From Dimorphilus gyrociliatus (lineage: Eukaryota > Animalia > Annelida): 64,000 nucleotides of DNA. The DNA lies in the NCBI GenBank assembly GCA_904063045.1, contig CAJFCJ010000023.1, positions 372,001 to 436,000 of the forward strand, given 5' to 3'. The translations under genes and the position numbers were made by a program. Below are positions 12,933 through 26,034 of the stretch, piece by piece. How positions within the stretch are numbered: the first letter of the stretch is position 1; every line of letters begins with the position of its first letter. The notes below the pieces were generated by a model. That model was not told where the DNA came from. It searched no databases and saw nothing but the letters and a program-made list of their open reading frames with translations.

Positions 12933-13037
12933 ATGATGCTTACGGCAAAATATCTTTGTTATTCTATAGCTTTATTAATATTCATGAGATACGGACAGGC
13001 GGCGCTCCATAAGCGTCATTATAAGCAACGACTATGA
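12933..13037 (+). other. 34-codon upstream ORF whose stop overlaps the proposed GPCR start codon (ATGA)
   Basis: ATG at 12933 reads MMLTAKYLCYSIALLIFMRYGQAALHKRHYKQRL. Its TGA (13035-13037) overlaps the ATG at 13034-13036. Confidence 0.35.
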
Positions 13038-13290
13038 ACGTGTCGAACACTTCTGGAGGTATGTCAAACTTTATTCTCTTTAGTTTGCATTAGGACAAAG
13101 AGAAGTAGTAAATATATTTTACAAGTTGTTATTAAAGGTGATGTAACATTTAAAAAGAGTCGAGTTGAATGAACTAATTAGGTTAGTGATGAATTTAATC
13201 AAAAAGAGATTGAAAGAGAGAAAAAAGAAAGAATGAGAGGAAGAGATATAAAGATAGGTAGATAGATAGAGAGATAGAGGGTGAGATAGA

Positions 13291-13330
<40 letters not shown>

Positions 13331-16300
13331 AAGACGTGGTGTAGTTGTAAACTGTTTACCAGTTAGTTCTTTGGTTTTTTTCTTTGACTGAAAGTCTGTT
13401 TATCTCTCTTGGAAAAGGTGAAAAAAAATTAAAAAAATCTATACACTTTAACAGTTTAAACATTTTTTAAAGTAATATTTATACGAGACTGGAAACATGA
13501 CAAAGTGAATATGATTATTAGTTGACTGTTAAAGCTGGTTATCTACGTCACAGGGCAACATGTTAAAATCTCGTCTTTAAAAGATAAAGATGGAATAATA
13601 CAAACGGCGTTATGCCAACTTTAGTCTGGTTGATTAAATAGGAATTATCTTATGGGAAAAGTGGCAAATTTATAAAAAATTGTAGACACATACACAGTAT
13701 ATTAATATATATATGTATATAAACAACTAATATAACAAACAATGCAGTATGCATACGCGGAAAAGGAAAAATAGCTGATTATAATAAAATATATATTTGT
13801 TAAGTAAAAAATTACTTTTTATGTTTATAGTTTGCGTTTGAGACTTGATTAGAAGGATTTCAGAGTTACATACTATCAAAGATAGGCGCATTGCATTAAT
13901 AAGACTTGATATTCTGAGGTAAATCTTACGCATAAACAGTTATTATAGTATTTCTTATATTTCTTTTACTCGATAGAAAAGAGAGTGACTTTTCTCTCTT
14001 TTTTATTTTCTACTTAAAACCTATAAGAGTGTGAACGAGAGTTAAAAATGCTGAAAATAGACTATAATCGCTCCAAAGTAGAGAATTAGGTATTTTCTCC
14101 CATTTCTCTATTCTGCTATCTGTAAAGAGATGTTCCCTAATAATAATAAAAGCTATTACTAAATCTTCTACAAGAGGAAAGTGAGAAAGTTATCCGAGGT
14201 AAAGAATAAGAGAAAGAGAGAAAACAGCAGGAAAGGTAGAGAGAGACAAGGAGAGAGGGAGGGAGAGGTTAAGGAAGAATTACATATCAAAGAGAAAAAG
14301 GTACGACTTTTTATTTTTATAAAAGAAGAGGAGAGGCATTGAAAGAAGATAGTAAAATAATCATTTTTTATTACAATTAAAGAAACAAAGGGATATCACA
14401 CTTTTTTAAAGTATTATGTATTTTGTAGTTTGAGAATTCTAATTATTAAAACGACTACAACTGTCGCTATCTATTACTGTACTTTTACTACTAAGTAAGA
14501 GTCAAAATACTACTAGCTCAACAACCACTACACCTTACCAAACCACACTACTAGTACCGCCACCATCAATAACACCTTAACTACGTAGAGAAGGGTAACT
14601 GTACTGGTGCTTGACTGAAGAAATCTTTTGCACTCTTTTTCACATTTCGTTAATATCTAGATGCGATTATAAACAGTCTTTGAGAAAGAAAGGGATGTTA
14701 GTCTCTCTCTTCTTATTTCTTAGTAAGAAGGGAGAATAGGATTTAATGGTCCTTAGCTAATAAGAGATTTGTATTAGTTACACAATGCCTATAGTTCATG
14801 AATATATATTCTGTATATTTGATGTATAAGATATATACATATACTAGTATCTATACACATATTTATACGAGTATAACTTATATTATGTAATAGTGATAGC
14901 GTGAATATAAAGGCAATTATTGTATAATTATATATATTGAGGGGCAATCTTGTATAATAAATAAACAATACTGTGTGCTAGGGAATAGATTAAAGAAGGA
15001 TAATAAGCGTAATTGAATAAAATAAGTTCATAGACTTATGTATAGTGTATTTATTAAACTCATCCTTTTATTAATCGTGTAGTGATATGAATTATTTAGC
15101 ATGTTACCTATTGCTTTTCATTCTCCAACCAGTTGATATAATACTCTCATCATGTAAGCGATTTCTTGTAGTAGCATATTTTACACTATCTGTCAGTCTA
15201 ACTATCTACTCTACCTTGTTTATTTATGACGTACAGTTTTAATGAGTTACTATAAAGGTATATGTAGAGGATAAATGAAAATCATAAGAAACTTATACAC
15301 ATCTTCCAGTATATTTATACTGCTCGATCAAATCTACCTTACGCATTTAATTTTCTGTTTACTGTACACGTATACGCATAACCTTATACGCTTTCAGTAT
15401 CCCATACTGGCAATAAGCCGTATCAATATTATATTCTCCCGCAATACCGTGTCTTCTCATTTTGTAGTAGAAAACAAGTGCAGATCTAGCAAACGTCCAA
15501 GATAGAATTTACCTTATTTACATAAGATATTGAAAAAATTTTGTTATAGATCTACGCTCAATAAAATTATAAATATTTATTTAAATGTAAACCGAGTTAA
15601 GAGGGATAGAAATAAAAGTCAACTGGAATTATTTTATTATCAACTCCATCCTAGCGTTTTTCATTTTAACATAAAGCAATTAGCATTGAATCAAATTCTT
15701 AATTTTCGAAAGTGAGAAAATTCATCATTATAAGAGATATTGGTTACTTTATTCTCCCTTCATGAAGAAAGCACTCTATAGAAAGTGCATTACAAGTTGT
15801 TCGTTATAAGCAATTCCAAAATATTCATTGATCGTTTAGAGTCCCTGAATTCTTTATTTGTTGATGGGTAGAGAAGTCTAAAGATAGGCAGGTAGAGGAG
15901 TGAGATGATGGAAAGATAGAGAAGAGAGGTGAGATGCAAAGAACATAAGAAAAATTATTGAAGAATGACAACAAGATGTAGAATATTGTTTTCGTGTTAA
16001 TTTGACTAATCTAATATATAATTTCTAAATGTATGTTCCAAGCAACTATCATGAAGAATTCTAGATTTTTAAATAACTTAAACATGACTCATATTGATAT
16101 AAGAAATTTTATTTGAATATCATCTTTTCACAACAAATCAGAAAGTAATTTAATTGTTCGTTTATTTGTTTTTCACACTGAATTGATAATGCTTTTGTCT
16201 TTATAGGAAAAAATATGAAATAGTAGGAATAAGGGGAGGAGTAGGAGGGGGAGGTGAAAGCGAGAAGGTAGTGAAATAATTGGCAACAATTCATTGAAAA

Positions 16301-17001
16301 GCGCTATTCACATAAAGTATTTACATGTATACATAGATTACTTTTATATAGGTATATGAAAAGTGGGAAATAAGATAGTATAAATTTAAATATAGACTTA
16401 AAAGAAACCTATAAAAATCATGCATACAATCGTTTTGCCAAGTTATTTTTCGCATCATTTGATTTTCTTGCTAGGTTTCCTCAATTTGTTAACATATTCC
16501 TAATTTTTTCCTTTCTCTCTTTTTTTATTCATTTACTCTTATTAATAAAAAAAAACTGACATGTCACATACAGTAGTTATTTCTATGAATAAATCGCATA
16601 GATAAACATAACTATATCTTTTTGTCGTATTACATATCGCTTAATATACAGTATATGTGCTATATTATTACATTATACAACTTTAACACTTTGCTTTATG
16701 TTCTCTAATTATTTATTTATATTTATAGTCGAAAAGCTAGTTTTGTTAGCAGACAGTAGGTAAGATACAGGTTACTGTAGGCAGCAGCGTCAATTAGATT
16801 GGCATGAATGGTTTCTATAATGATAATAATAATAATAATAATAATAGTAAATATTATATACTAATACAAACATTATTTATTAATCACAGAGAGTTGTTAC
16901 TTTTTCCTTTCGATTGATCGATAAAAGATTTGTGTCTCCTTATCACGTTCTTTAATTCTTACTACTTTCCCTTTAGGCGCTAGCACCTCATTCTCTTTTT
17001 C

Positions 17002-17058
<57 letters not shown>

Positions 17059-19703
17059 AATCTTTCCAACAGCTTTAACGAATATATCGGGCATCTTAAT
17101 TAGTGTCATCTCTTTTTTATGAGATCAACACAATTGTAAAAATAAACAATACGCAAGTACTTTAGAGTAATTTATCAAGAGAAATAAAATACAATTAACC
17201 AGAAATTATGAGTGAAAATAAGACATCTTCCCTTTGCTTGATTTATTTAAAAGAAAGAATATAACAAGTCAAACGATGTGATTAAATCTGCTGGATAAAA
17301 TGCAGAAAGTAACACACTTTTCCAAACGTTTCCATTAGGAAAATGACTGGAAAATAGGCGTAAATCAATAAAGGAAACTAATTTTCCAGTCCCCTTAAAA
17401 TTTTGGTATGAAACGTTTTACATATTTTCATTTTTAGTTCTACCTGAGAGATTACCAAAGAGTCTTAAATATAGGAAAGTAAAAAGTCAACTCTTTCTTT
17501 CTTTCTACCTTTCTTTCTTGTCCTCCCAAACTTTATTGGGATTCCCATTACACGACTACTGTAGTAAAGTAAATAGTCGACATATAAAATTGATAGAGAG
17601 ATTATAGTTGACATTACTGCAACAAATTGTAAATAGTATAAAACAGTACTTGATACAAGTGTACTAACTTTTATGCGACAATGACACTGTATTTAAAGCG
17701 TGTCAGGGTTATGCATAATACAGTATGTCTAGTAGATTCGGCTATATACAATACCTAAATTATCCAGCAAAGCAGAAAAAGGAAAGGATAGAGCGTTTAG
17801 AAAAGAAATCTAAAAAGTTACCTTGCTTAGAGAGTGTCATACTCTTGGCGACATGAGAAATCATTTGTATAAATATATCGACAGAGTCCCTAGATAAAAT
17901 ATGAGTCTAAATGATATAATTATTTAAATATTCTCACGAAATTGAGTAAAAGATAAGCGATATATAGTTATAAGTGGAGTACCACCTTTTTTATCCTCTT
18001 CCTTTGCTCTACCTTTTTCTATCCTTATTCGCAAATGTTTGCAGGAAAAAAGTAGGTGATCGGTTTTATTGAACAATCAAATACAAATATAATATGACCT
18101 TTTTGTCTCTGCTTTCAAATGAAACCTTGCGAGTAAATTAGACTGACAGTTATATATACTGTATATATATTTTTATGCATATACTTGTATAAATGTAAAA
18201 GTATACGCGCAGACAGACAGACAGACAGACAGACAGGCGGAGACAAAGGGGGCAAAGACAGGAAGAAATAAATAGAGAAAACAATTTTTTACCAAGAAAT
18301 GCTAAAGGATTTTTTTTTGTTATAAATGCACTAAAATATTGCAACCGAAAAGGTTGCGAAATCGAGTAAAAAGACAATAGAATAACACTAATTACGATAT
18401 GGAGATACAGGGAAAAAAATGTAAAAAGAGAAAACTTGGATGATAAAAGTGACAGACATTTATAAAGTAGAATATGCGCTCTCATATAACAAATAAATAA
18501 TTATACGTCATTATTAATAGTTTGTAAAGGCTTGATGCAGTTTTGATCACATGATCTTATCCGTTACAATTCCCTGTGACTTAATGTAACAGAGGGGAGG
18601 AGAGGAGGAGTAGAAAAGGAGATCATAAAAGTACTATAGAAAAGTAAAACTTTAACAATTTGTTGCGTAAATAAAGTAAGAAATGGTAAATTATTATAAT
18701 CTTTGCAGATAATCCCACGGACACGCTATGGACTTCATACCTGTTGAACGTCTCTGGTACAGTGTTCTTTATTGTTGGAACAATTGGGAATATCCTATCG
18801 CTGATAGTTATTGCCCGATTGAATTACTCTTCGGAGAATTCATATAGATATTTTTTGTGTGCGTTGGCAGTTTTTGATACCAGCGTACTCTTTCACAGAT
18901 TCTTACCAAGAGTATTCGAATCGTACGGAATATCAATATTCGTAAATAACTTTACATGTGCATTGTTTAAATTTACTCTTCATTCTTCCTATCTTCTCTC
19001 CGGTTGGTTGATTGGTTGCATTTCTGCAGAGAGATTTGCCGTTGTTTTCTTTCCATTTGTAAGAAAATCTACAACATTTAACAAGAGAGCTAAACTATTT
19101 ATGGTTGTCGTTGTCATTACTGGATTCCTCTCTCAGAGTTATAGGTTGTTTATGGTCAAATACAAGATGCGACTCAGGACATGTCAGCCTACAAAGACCT
19201 ACAATAACATCTATTTAAACTTACATATATATCTTTATCAACTAGTCGAACTGGTCATTCTTCCTGGCTTATGCATCTTCGTATGTAATGTCGCTATATT
19301 GTATAAGATTCATACCTTGCCATCTTTGAATCTAATTGAGAATAATAAGAGAAATGGCGAAGCTAGATATAGAAAGGCGACATTTATGCTGTTGTTTATA
19401 TCCTTTTTATATCTGATAACTGTTTTACCAGGATTAATTCACAGTATTAGTATCATCGTCGTCTATAAACTCTACGGAAAGGAGACTGCGGGAAAAGTAT
19501 GGAGAAAAAGAGAATTACAAGATTTATTCGAGTTTGTGGCTGGATTTAATTACGCAACAAATTTCTTTGTCTACATTTTCTCGGCAAGAAAATTTAGAGA
19601 CGAAATCAGAGTTTTAATAAAATGTAAAAAAAGGAGATTTATTCAAAAGAAACCTTTTGTAGCCTTTTATAAAAGGGTTTCTACTTCAAAAACTGATTTA
19701 TAA
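13034..19703 (+). CDS. Class A (rhodopsin-like) GPCR, peptide/FMRFamide-receptor-like (~339 aa)
   Basis: Main exon 18709-19703 follows a tttgcag acceptor. It has 7 TMs with GTIGN, LAVFD, SAERF (DRY equivalent) and NYATNFFVY (NPxxY equivalent). The proposed first exon 13034-13058 (MNVSNTSG, two N-glycosylation sequons, phase-1 gtatgt donor) matches the required phase; this join is inferred. Confidence 0.85.
13296..13325. repeat. (GA)n microsatellite
   Basis: Direct reading of the sequence. Confidence 0.95.
16823..16846. repeat. (AAT)n microsatellite
   Basis: Direct reading of the sequence. Confidence 0.9.
17007..17058. repeat. (CT)n microsatellite, slightly interrupted
   Basis: Direct reading of the sequence. 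Confidence 0.95.
18210..18236. repeat. (CAGA)n tetranucleotide microsatellite
   Basis: Direct reading of the sequence. Confidence 0.9.
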
Positions 19704-21777
19704 AACTTTTCTTTTATTAGTAAACATAAAGTATTCATTTAAAGAATTTAATTCAATAACGGAGAGGATGGAAATGTTTATATACGTAGTTTATTGGATG
19801 TTGATGGTGTACCTTGCGTATTCAATGTATCTATACTGTATATACTGTATATACAGTATATACTCTATACGCTATATTCATAGATATACAATTATATATT
19901 TTTTGAAGCGTCTATTCATTAACGAGATAAAAATGAAAAAAATACCAGTCTACAAAAAAAATTGAAAGACACGCAAACTCAGGAATTACCTATTAACTAG
20001 TATGTACCTATCCACCTACTTTCTATTTATTCATGTCTCTATCTCTCAATTTATCTCTCTTTCTATCTGTCTTGCTACTCATCTGAAATTTAAAAATTGA
20101 ACAAGTGGATTATAAATAAAGCATTCTCTCCTCAATAATTCTATTTATCAATTGACCTAAAACAAGAGCAACTGGACAAAAAATTCTCAATTCTTGGTAT
20201 TAGATTGGATTTTATTTAGCTTTGGAATGACTATTTTATATGTTTTTTTCCAAAAAAAGGAGCCACCAAAGTCTCGCATCTATTAACCTTGCCCAAACGT
20301 TTCCTAATTATTCCTTTTCATGCGAATTCCTCGCTTTAAATGAATCAAAAGGACAGAAGAATGTAAATTTTACAAGCTTATTTGAATAATAAGAAGTTGA
20401 GATTGACTCTATTTTTCTCCTCTTTCACGGAGAAAACAAATTATAGAGAAAAAAAAGAGAGAAGATAAAAAAGTAAGAAAAAAAGAATTAAAACAAAAAA
20501 AAGGACAAAAAAAGAAAATAATAACAGAAATATGGAATTTTGATTTGTATACACTATTACCATTACTATTATTATTACACAGTATATGTTTATAAACGCG
20601 TGTTTACCGTTCTATTTATATCCAAGTCATTTATTTATATATTTAACAAGTTGTACTGGTAAAATGAATATGAATTATGTAAATAATTGTCTTTTTCATA
20701 GGTACAGTATTGTATTAGTATAATGTGAAGAAAAAACTTTCCTTCTCCTCTCTCTCTCTCTCTCTCTTCTCCTTCCTCTCCTCCATCCATCTTTCTTGGC
20801 TTTCTTTCTTTACCCTTCATTTTACCCAAAATGCATGTTTCTTGTCCAAAATTTATATTTAATATACAAACAATAGAAACTTCCTAGCAATCTATTAAAT
20901 AAGAAAGAAGGCAAAAGAGAGAAAAAACAACTTCTCATGTATCATTTTCTCATTTTAATATGGTTCGTATAAGCTTAAGTGATGGCAAAAATAGAAAAAG
21001 GAGTGAGGAAGAGGATATTAAAAGAACGGAGAGGAAACTTCTACGAACCAGTCAATTACACTTGAACGTGACTTACGTGAGTTATTATGCCTAACCACAA
21101 GAAATATAACCAAACCTTATTCCCAAACTAACACTTTTACGAAAAATTGAAAAATTGAATGGGAAAAATGATATCTTCTTTTCTTAAAACGAGAATAACT
21201 TTCATAACTCTTAACAAGATTATTTGTAATTAAATACTCTATCACTTATCGTGAAAACATTGTCAATACTGAAATAAGAATGCTTGATTAGAAAATTGGG
21301 AACAGGAAATGTTGCGTTTGAAGCAGAGTTGGAGGAGAGAAGAAATAGAAGAATTTCAAGTAAGAAGAGATGAATTGGTAGTTAATAGAGATAATAGGAA
21401 AAGTGGAAAATTTCTGCAACTTATAGTTTTTCTACTGCTTTCAATTTTTCATTATGAAAGTAATTAACAAGAAATGATAAGACTTTGGAACATAATTGAA
21501 TAAATATCTAAATAAGACGGACTATATTTTAAAATTGAAAGTAAAGACGTTAATCTTCGAGATAAGGTAAATTAAAGAAGAAAGACAACATGAAGGATAG
21601 AAGAAAAGACATCAAAAAAAAATGGACTAAAGGAAGGAATGAATGAATAAAAAATGAAAAGCAAAAAAAGACAAAGGCAATGAAAAGATTATTTCATAGA
21701 AAAGAAGAAAACATATTCTGTCTAACATTATTTTATTACCGATTGATTTTCATTTTAATCCTTCTATGTAATATAAA

Positions 21778-21780
<3 letters not shown>

Positions 21781-21812
<32 letters not shown>

Positions 21813-21931
21813 GACCTCTGTCGTTCCCCCATATCTTCAATTTTACATCCCTCTATCACTCTGACGAACAGATGTTGTCATCGATTTCCTTTCGTTTTTC
21901 TTTAATATTATATACATGGAGTTTAATGTCA

Positions 21932-21962
<31 letters not shown>
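21781..21962. repeat. Two (AT)n microsatellites (about 21781-21808 and 21934-21962)
   Basis: Direct reading of the sequence. Confidence 0.9.
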
Positions 21963-21963
<1 letters not shown>

Positions 21964-22829
21964 CTGTATTATATAATATAATATAAAAATACCAAGTGCA
22001 AATGGAAAAGAACGAATACCCAAAAAAAAAAATATTAAATATATGACCTTGAACTCTCTCAGCTGTTTTCCTTTAGGTCGTTTGAAAAAAAGAAAAAGAA
22101 TAAAATTAAATAATATGTTGAATAAAACGGAAAACAGAATTTGCGAGTGCAAGGTGCCCAAAATTGCACTTAAAAGTAATGTTATTGGTTAAAAATGATA
22201 AGAAATTATAGAATTGTTGTGAATTGAATAAGAACTTTGAAGAATAATATTTGAAAAAAAGAATGAAACAGTAATAGTTTCCTATGATCTTCTTTAAGAA
22301 TAGGAAGTTTGTTGCTATCCACGAAACTTCCGTGAGTGTTTTTAGTCAGTTTCCTGGTTGACAAACAGCATTTCTTTGATGAAGTTTAGATGAAAATTTC
22401 TAAAAATAAAGATAAATGCTACTAGCTAACGCCAAATGGATATTAATGCATAAAGTTTGCCTCTCAGCGCGTTATCGTAAAAAAATTTTCCATTACTTCA
22501 TGTCTAAAGAGCTTCATAACTTAAATGTCGACCAGGGAAGAACCTGCCCTAAACCATTGTAAACGCTTCTCATTATACTAAGTCGGTTTAGTCGGTGTCA
22601 GGAAATAGGTTTAAATCAATATTTAACCGGTTGCATCTATAATTTTGCAGGCATATTTCCGACCAAGCGTATTATCTTAATTGCCTTACTGTGGACACTG
22701 CGTACGTTTTAATGCCTGAATCAATAAATCACACAGTCGGACCACTCGTTTCGCTTACTTTTAATAGATATAACCAAAAGTGGAAAAATAAAACCGAAGA
22801 GTGGGAAAGAGAGAAAGACATAGAGAGAG

Positions 22830-22832
<3 letters not shown>

Positions 22833-22871
<39 letters not shown>
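22833..22871. repeat. (GA)n microsatellite
   Basis: Direct reading of the sequence. Confidence 0.95.
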
Positions 22872-22874
<3 letters not shown>

Positions 22875-25261
22875 GCGATGAAGGAATAAAGAACGGACAG
22901 TCGCACGAAAAGGAAAGATGAAAAAAAAGCCTGTGTCAATTCTTAATAAAAAAAATTCGATTTTCTGATTCCTTAGACAAACAAATCTAATGCAGTTTGT
23001 TAATCTATGTATATGTATTATGTTTGTATAATAATTTATAAATAGCCAGCTCCTACGTAACAAGTTACGACATTGAATATGACACATAAATGACCATTTT
23101 AGTAGCCAAAATCTACAAAAAATGTACGGTTTTATTCCCTCAAGGCCATACTAATGCACTGAATCAACAAGGATCCATTAAAAGTAGTCGATTGAAGGAA
23201 CGACAACGTTCCGAGTTGACTTCCTGTTACCCGATACAAGGGTCAACAAGTCGACGTGAAAAAAGCAGATTCGTCATTGTACAATGTCCCGTTCATTAAC
23301 TTTTACTGCTCGGAAGCCTCATATTCTTTCGAGGTCAATTCTCATTTCTTTCTTCTTTCTATCAGTTTAAACAGATATTATTTTTCTTTTTAATTTCAAA
23401 ATATGCTTTATCTTTACCTAAATTTCTATTGCTATTTTATTCTCTTTTTCCTGTTTCTTTTCTATCTATCTATATATTATCCGCACCCTCTCTCTCTGTC
23501 TCTCAATCCCAGTCTTTAACTCTTTCTTCTTAAATCACCCGACTATTCAGGCTTTTAAGCTCAACTCCCCAACTATTAAACCAACAATATAAATCAATCA
23601 ATTTTTGTAGGAGAGGGAATTGAAAATCAGTTTTTAATTCTCTCAGCACTACAAAATAGAATGTTATTTATTTGGAAACCAGATTGCCCCTCTTCCATTT
23701 TTACATCAGATGACTTAAAGGGATATTAGGAAGGGAGTCTCAATAGAGGACAGGCTTACTTAGAGCATAAGAAGCCCTCTATGTGACATTTTTCCAGTAA
23801 ATAATTTAGGGGTAAAAGTTCCCTGAACCTCACCAAACAAAACAAACATAAAAAGCAGCAAGTAAGAGATAAGAAAACAAGGTGAAGATAGTTTAAAAGT
23901 GCTGTTTACCTTCGAGAAAAGCCTATAAGAAAATTCGATTAAAAACATTCAGTTTGTTGAAAAATCCAAAGGATAAATAGAATAGGCGGAAAAAAAAGTA
24001 AAGAGAAACAGAAACACATGGAAAGAGAAAAGAAAGACACGGAAAGAGAAGGGGAAAAAAGAAAGGATAGATAATGGAAAAAAAGGAAAAAGAATAAAGT
24101 GTTTAAATGTTCAATAAAATGTTAATTAACTCTAGTTCTATCGATTTTACCTTAAAAATGGATTTATTTCTATAACAAGAATTTTGAATGAAAAATGTAA
24201 GAGAAAACTTTACTTTTTTATTAATTAATTAAGTAAACAGATACGGAGAATAAGAAGTTTAAATTATTCCTCGAAAAAGAGAATGTTCAAACGTTTATTA
24301 GCATGTATATACTCTCGTTTAAAGACAATATTCCGAATAGCTTATTATAACATACATGTACCGTATATATTTTATATATATATTATCTATGTATATTAGT
24401 ATGTTTATATATATATATATATATATATACATTCTATATATTCATCTATATATGAACGTTAAATAAAGTATATAAAATGTATATACACAACTAGTTTCAA
24501 TAGAATACGCATACAATTACATTGTGCCTGAAAGTGTACTGTTAATAATAGAAAATTGATGATATTGTACAAATAAACAAGGTGAAATGATTGAATTTTT
24601 CTCCGATCATATGTCCTAAGGAAAATGGTAGAAGATGATAGAGAAGAAGGGATAAAGAAAAATGAAGTTAAATGCTAAATCAACCCAATCCTCTACAAAT
24701 AGAATATATGACAGTTATGATATTATTACTTTTGGTAATAAAAGTAATTATCTTTTGTATATAGACGTGGATGTGAATGACGTGAATATCTAGGAGTTGG
24801 CAATAAACTGGACTATGTATACACTTAGGCTTAATTAAAGGCTGATGAATATCTTTATTAAAATACTCATTATATACAGTATATATATATATAAACTACT
24901 ATATATATATATATATATATGTGTGTAAAATATACATGGCATATTTTATATATAATATTTATAATAGTATACTCTTTATATAAATATATACGATCTAAAA
25001 AACACTTAAAAGAATCTACGTATGCAGACTATATTTAATAATTGTTAGATATATTCTTTAGGCTAATAAACATTCTACGTAGTTAAAAAACCTTTCAGCT
25101 ATAACTATACCAACAACTTGACAAACTGTCTGTTTTATTTTGCTATAGTTTATAAAATAAAAATCGCTCATCAGCTTCGACGTAAAGTATTAAAATCACG
25201 TTCTGTTTTTAACAAATTACAACTAAGACAGTAGCAAACCGACTTCCTCAACTATTAGACT

Positions 25262-25263
<2 letters not shown>

Positions 25264-25299
<36 letters not shown>
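25264..25299. repeat. (CT)n microsatellite
   Basis: Direct reading of the sequence. Confidence 0.95.
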
Positions 25300-25302
<3 letters not shown>

Positions 25303-26034
25303 CTTACTTTCCTTCATTTCGTTCCCTCTACTTCTGTCAACCTTCTCCAATCTGCCTCTGCTTCTGCTTCTCCTCCTCTTTCTCTCTCGTTGCCTGCTTC
25401 TTTCTGTATATACAAACTACATACTTACAACATTCTCTATCATTTCTATCTCTGAATTCCTTTTCCCATCACCCTCTTCCCTACTACCTTTCCCCATGAT
25501 TCTCCTTTTCCTTCTCTCACCTTCATTTATAAAGAGTCGTTTTTTAATAATCGTGTAGATGGCGTCCTCTGACTCTTAAACAATTAGTAAACAAACAAAA
25601 GGGGAATTCTTCGAAAAGCAAGTCTTTTTGAAATGGCATTTGAATTGTTTTCTATGGGTATTCTTTCTTTTTTGGAAAAATCTCCTCTCATCTCTGTATA
25701 TGAGGAATAAGGAAAAATAAAATGACTATCAAATCCATTCGTCTCCTTTCCTCAGACAGTCCCTCCCTTACGCCATCTATGTTTTCTTCTTAAAAGTAAA
25801 AAGTGAAATTAAATTTCGAGTCACGTGATCAACAACAAGGTTTTAAAGGGATTGAATTGGCGCGCGTGACGTTGTTCAATTAAATTGAATATCAAACAAA
25901 GAACTATTGACATAGATATGTGTTTAATTTTAAAGACCCCAACAACCGTCGTTCAGGAGAATTCGTTTTTGTTGAAGAAGAGGAAAAGATGGATTAAACA
26001 CGACATTGAATTAAGTTAATAATTAAATTTAATT

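Noticed and set aside
14450-14600. Thr-rich ACT/ACC stretch as a mucin-like GPCR exon
   Set aside because: No acceptor/donor pair gives an open phase-1 exon.
16897-23087. Short ORFs containing ERERER, SLSLSL or YIYIYI
   Set aside because: Translations of AG and AT microsatellites.
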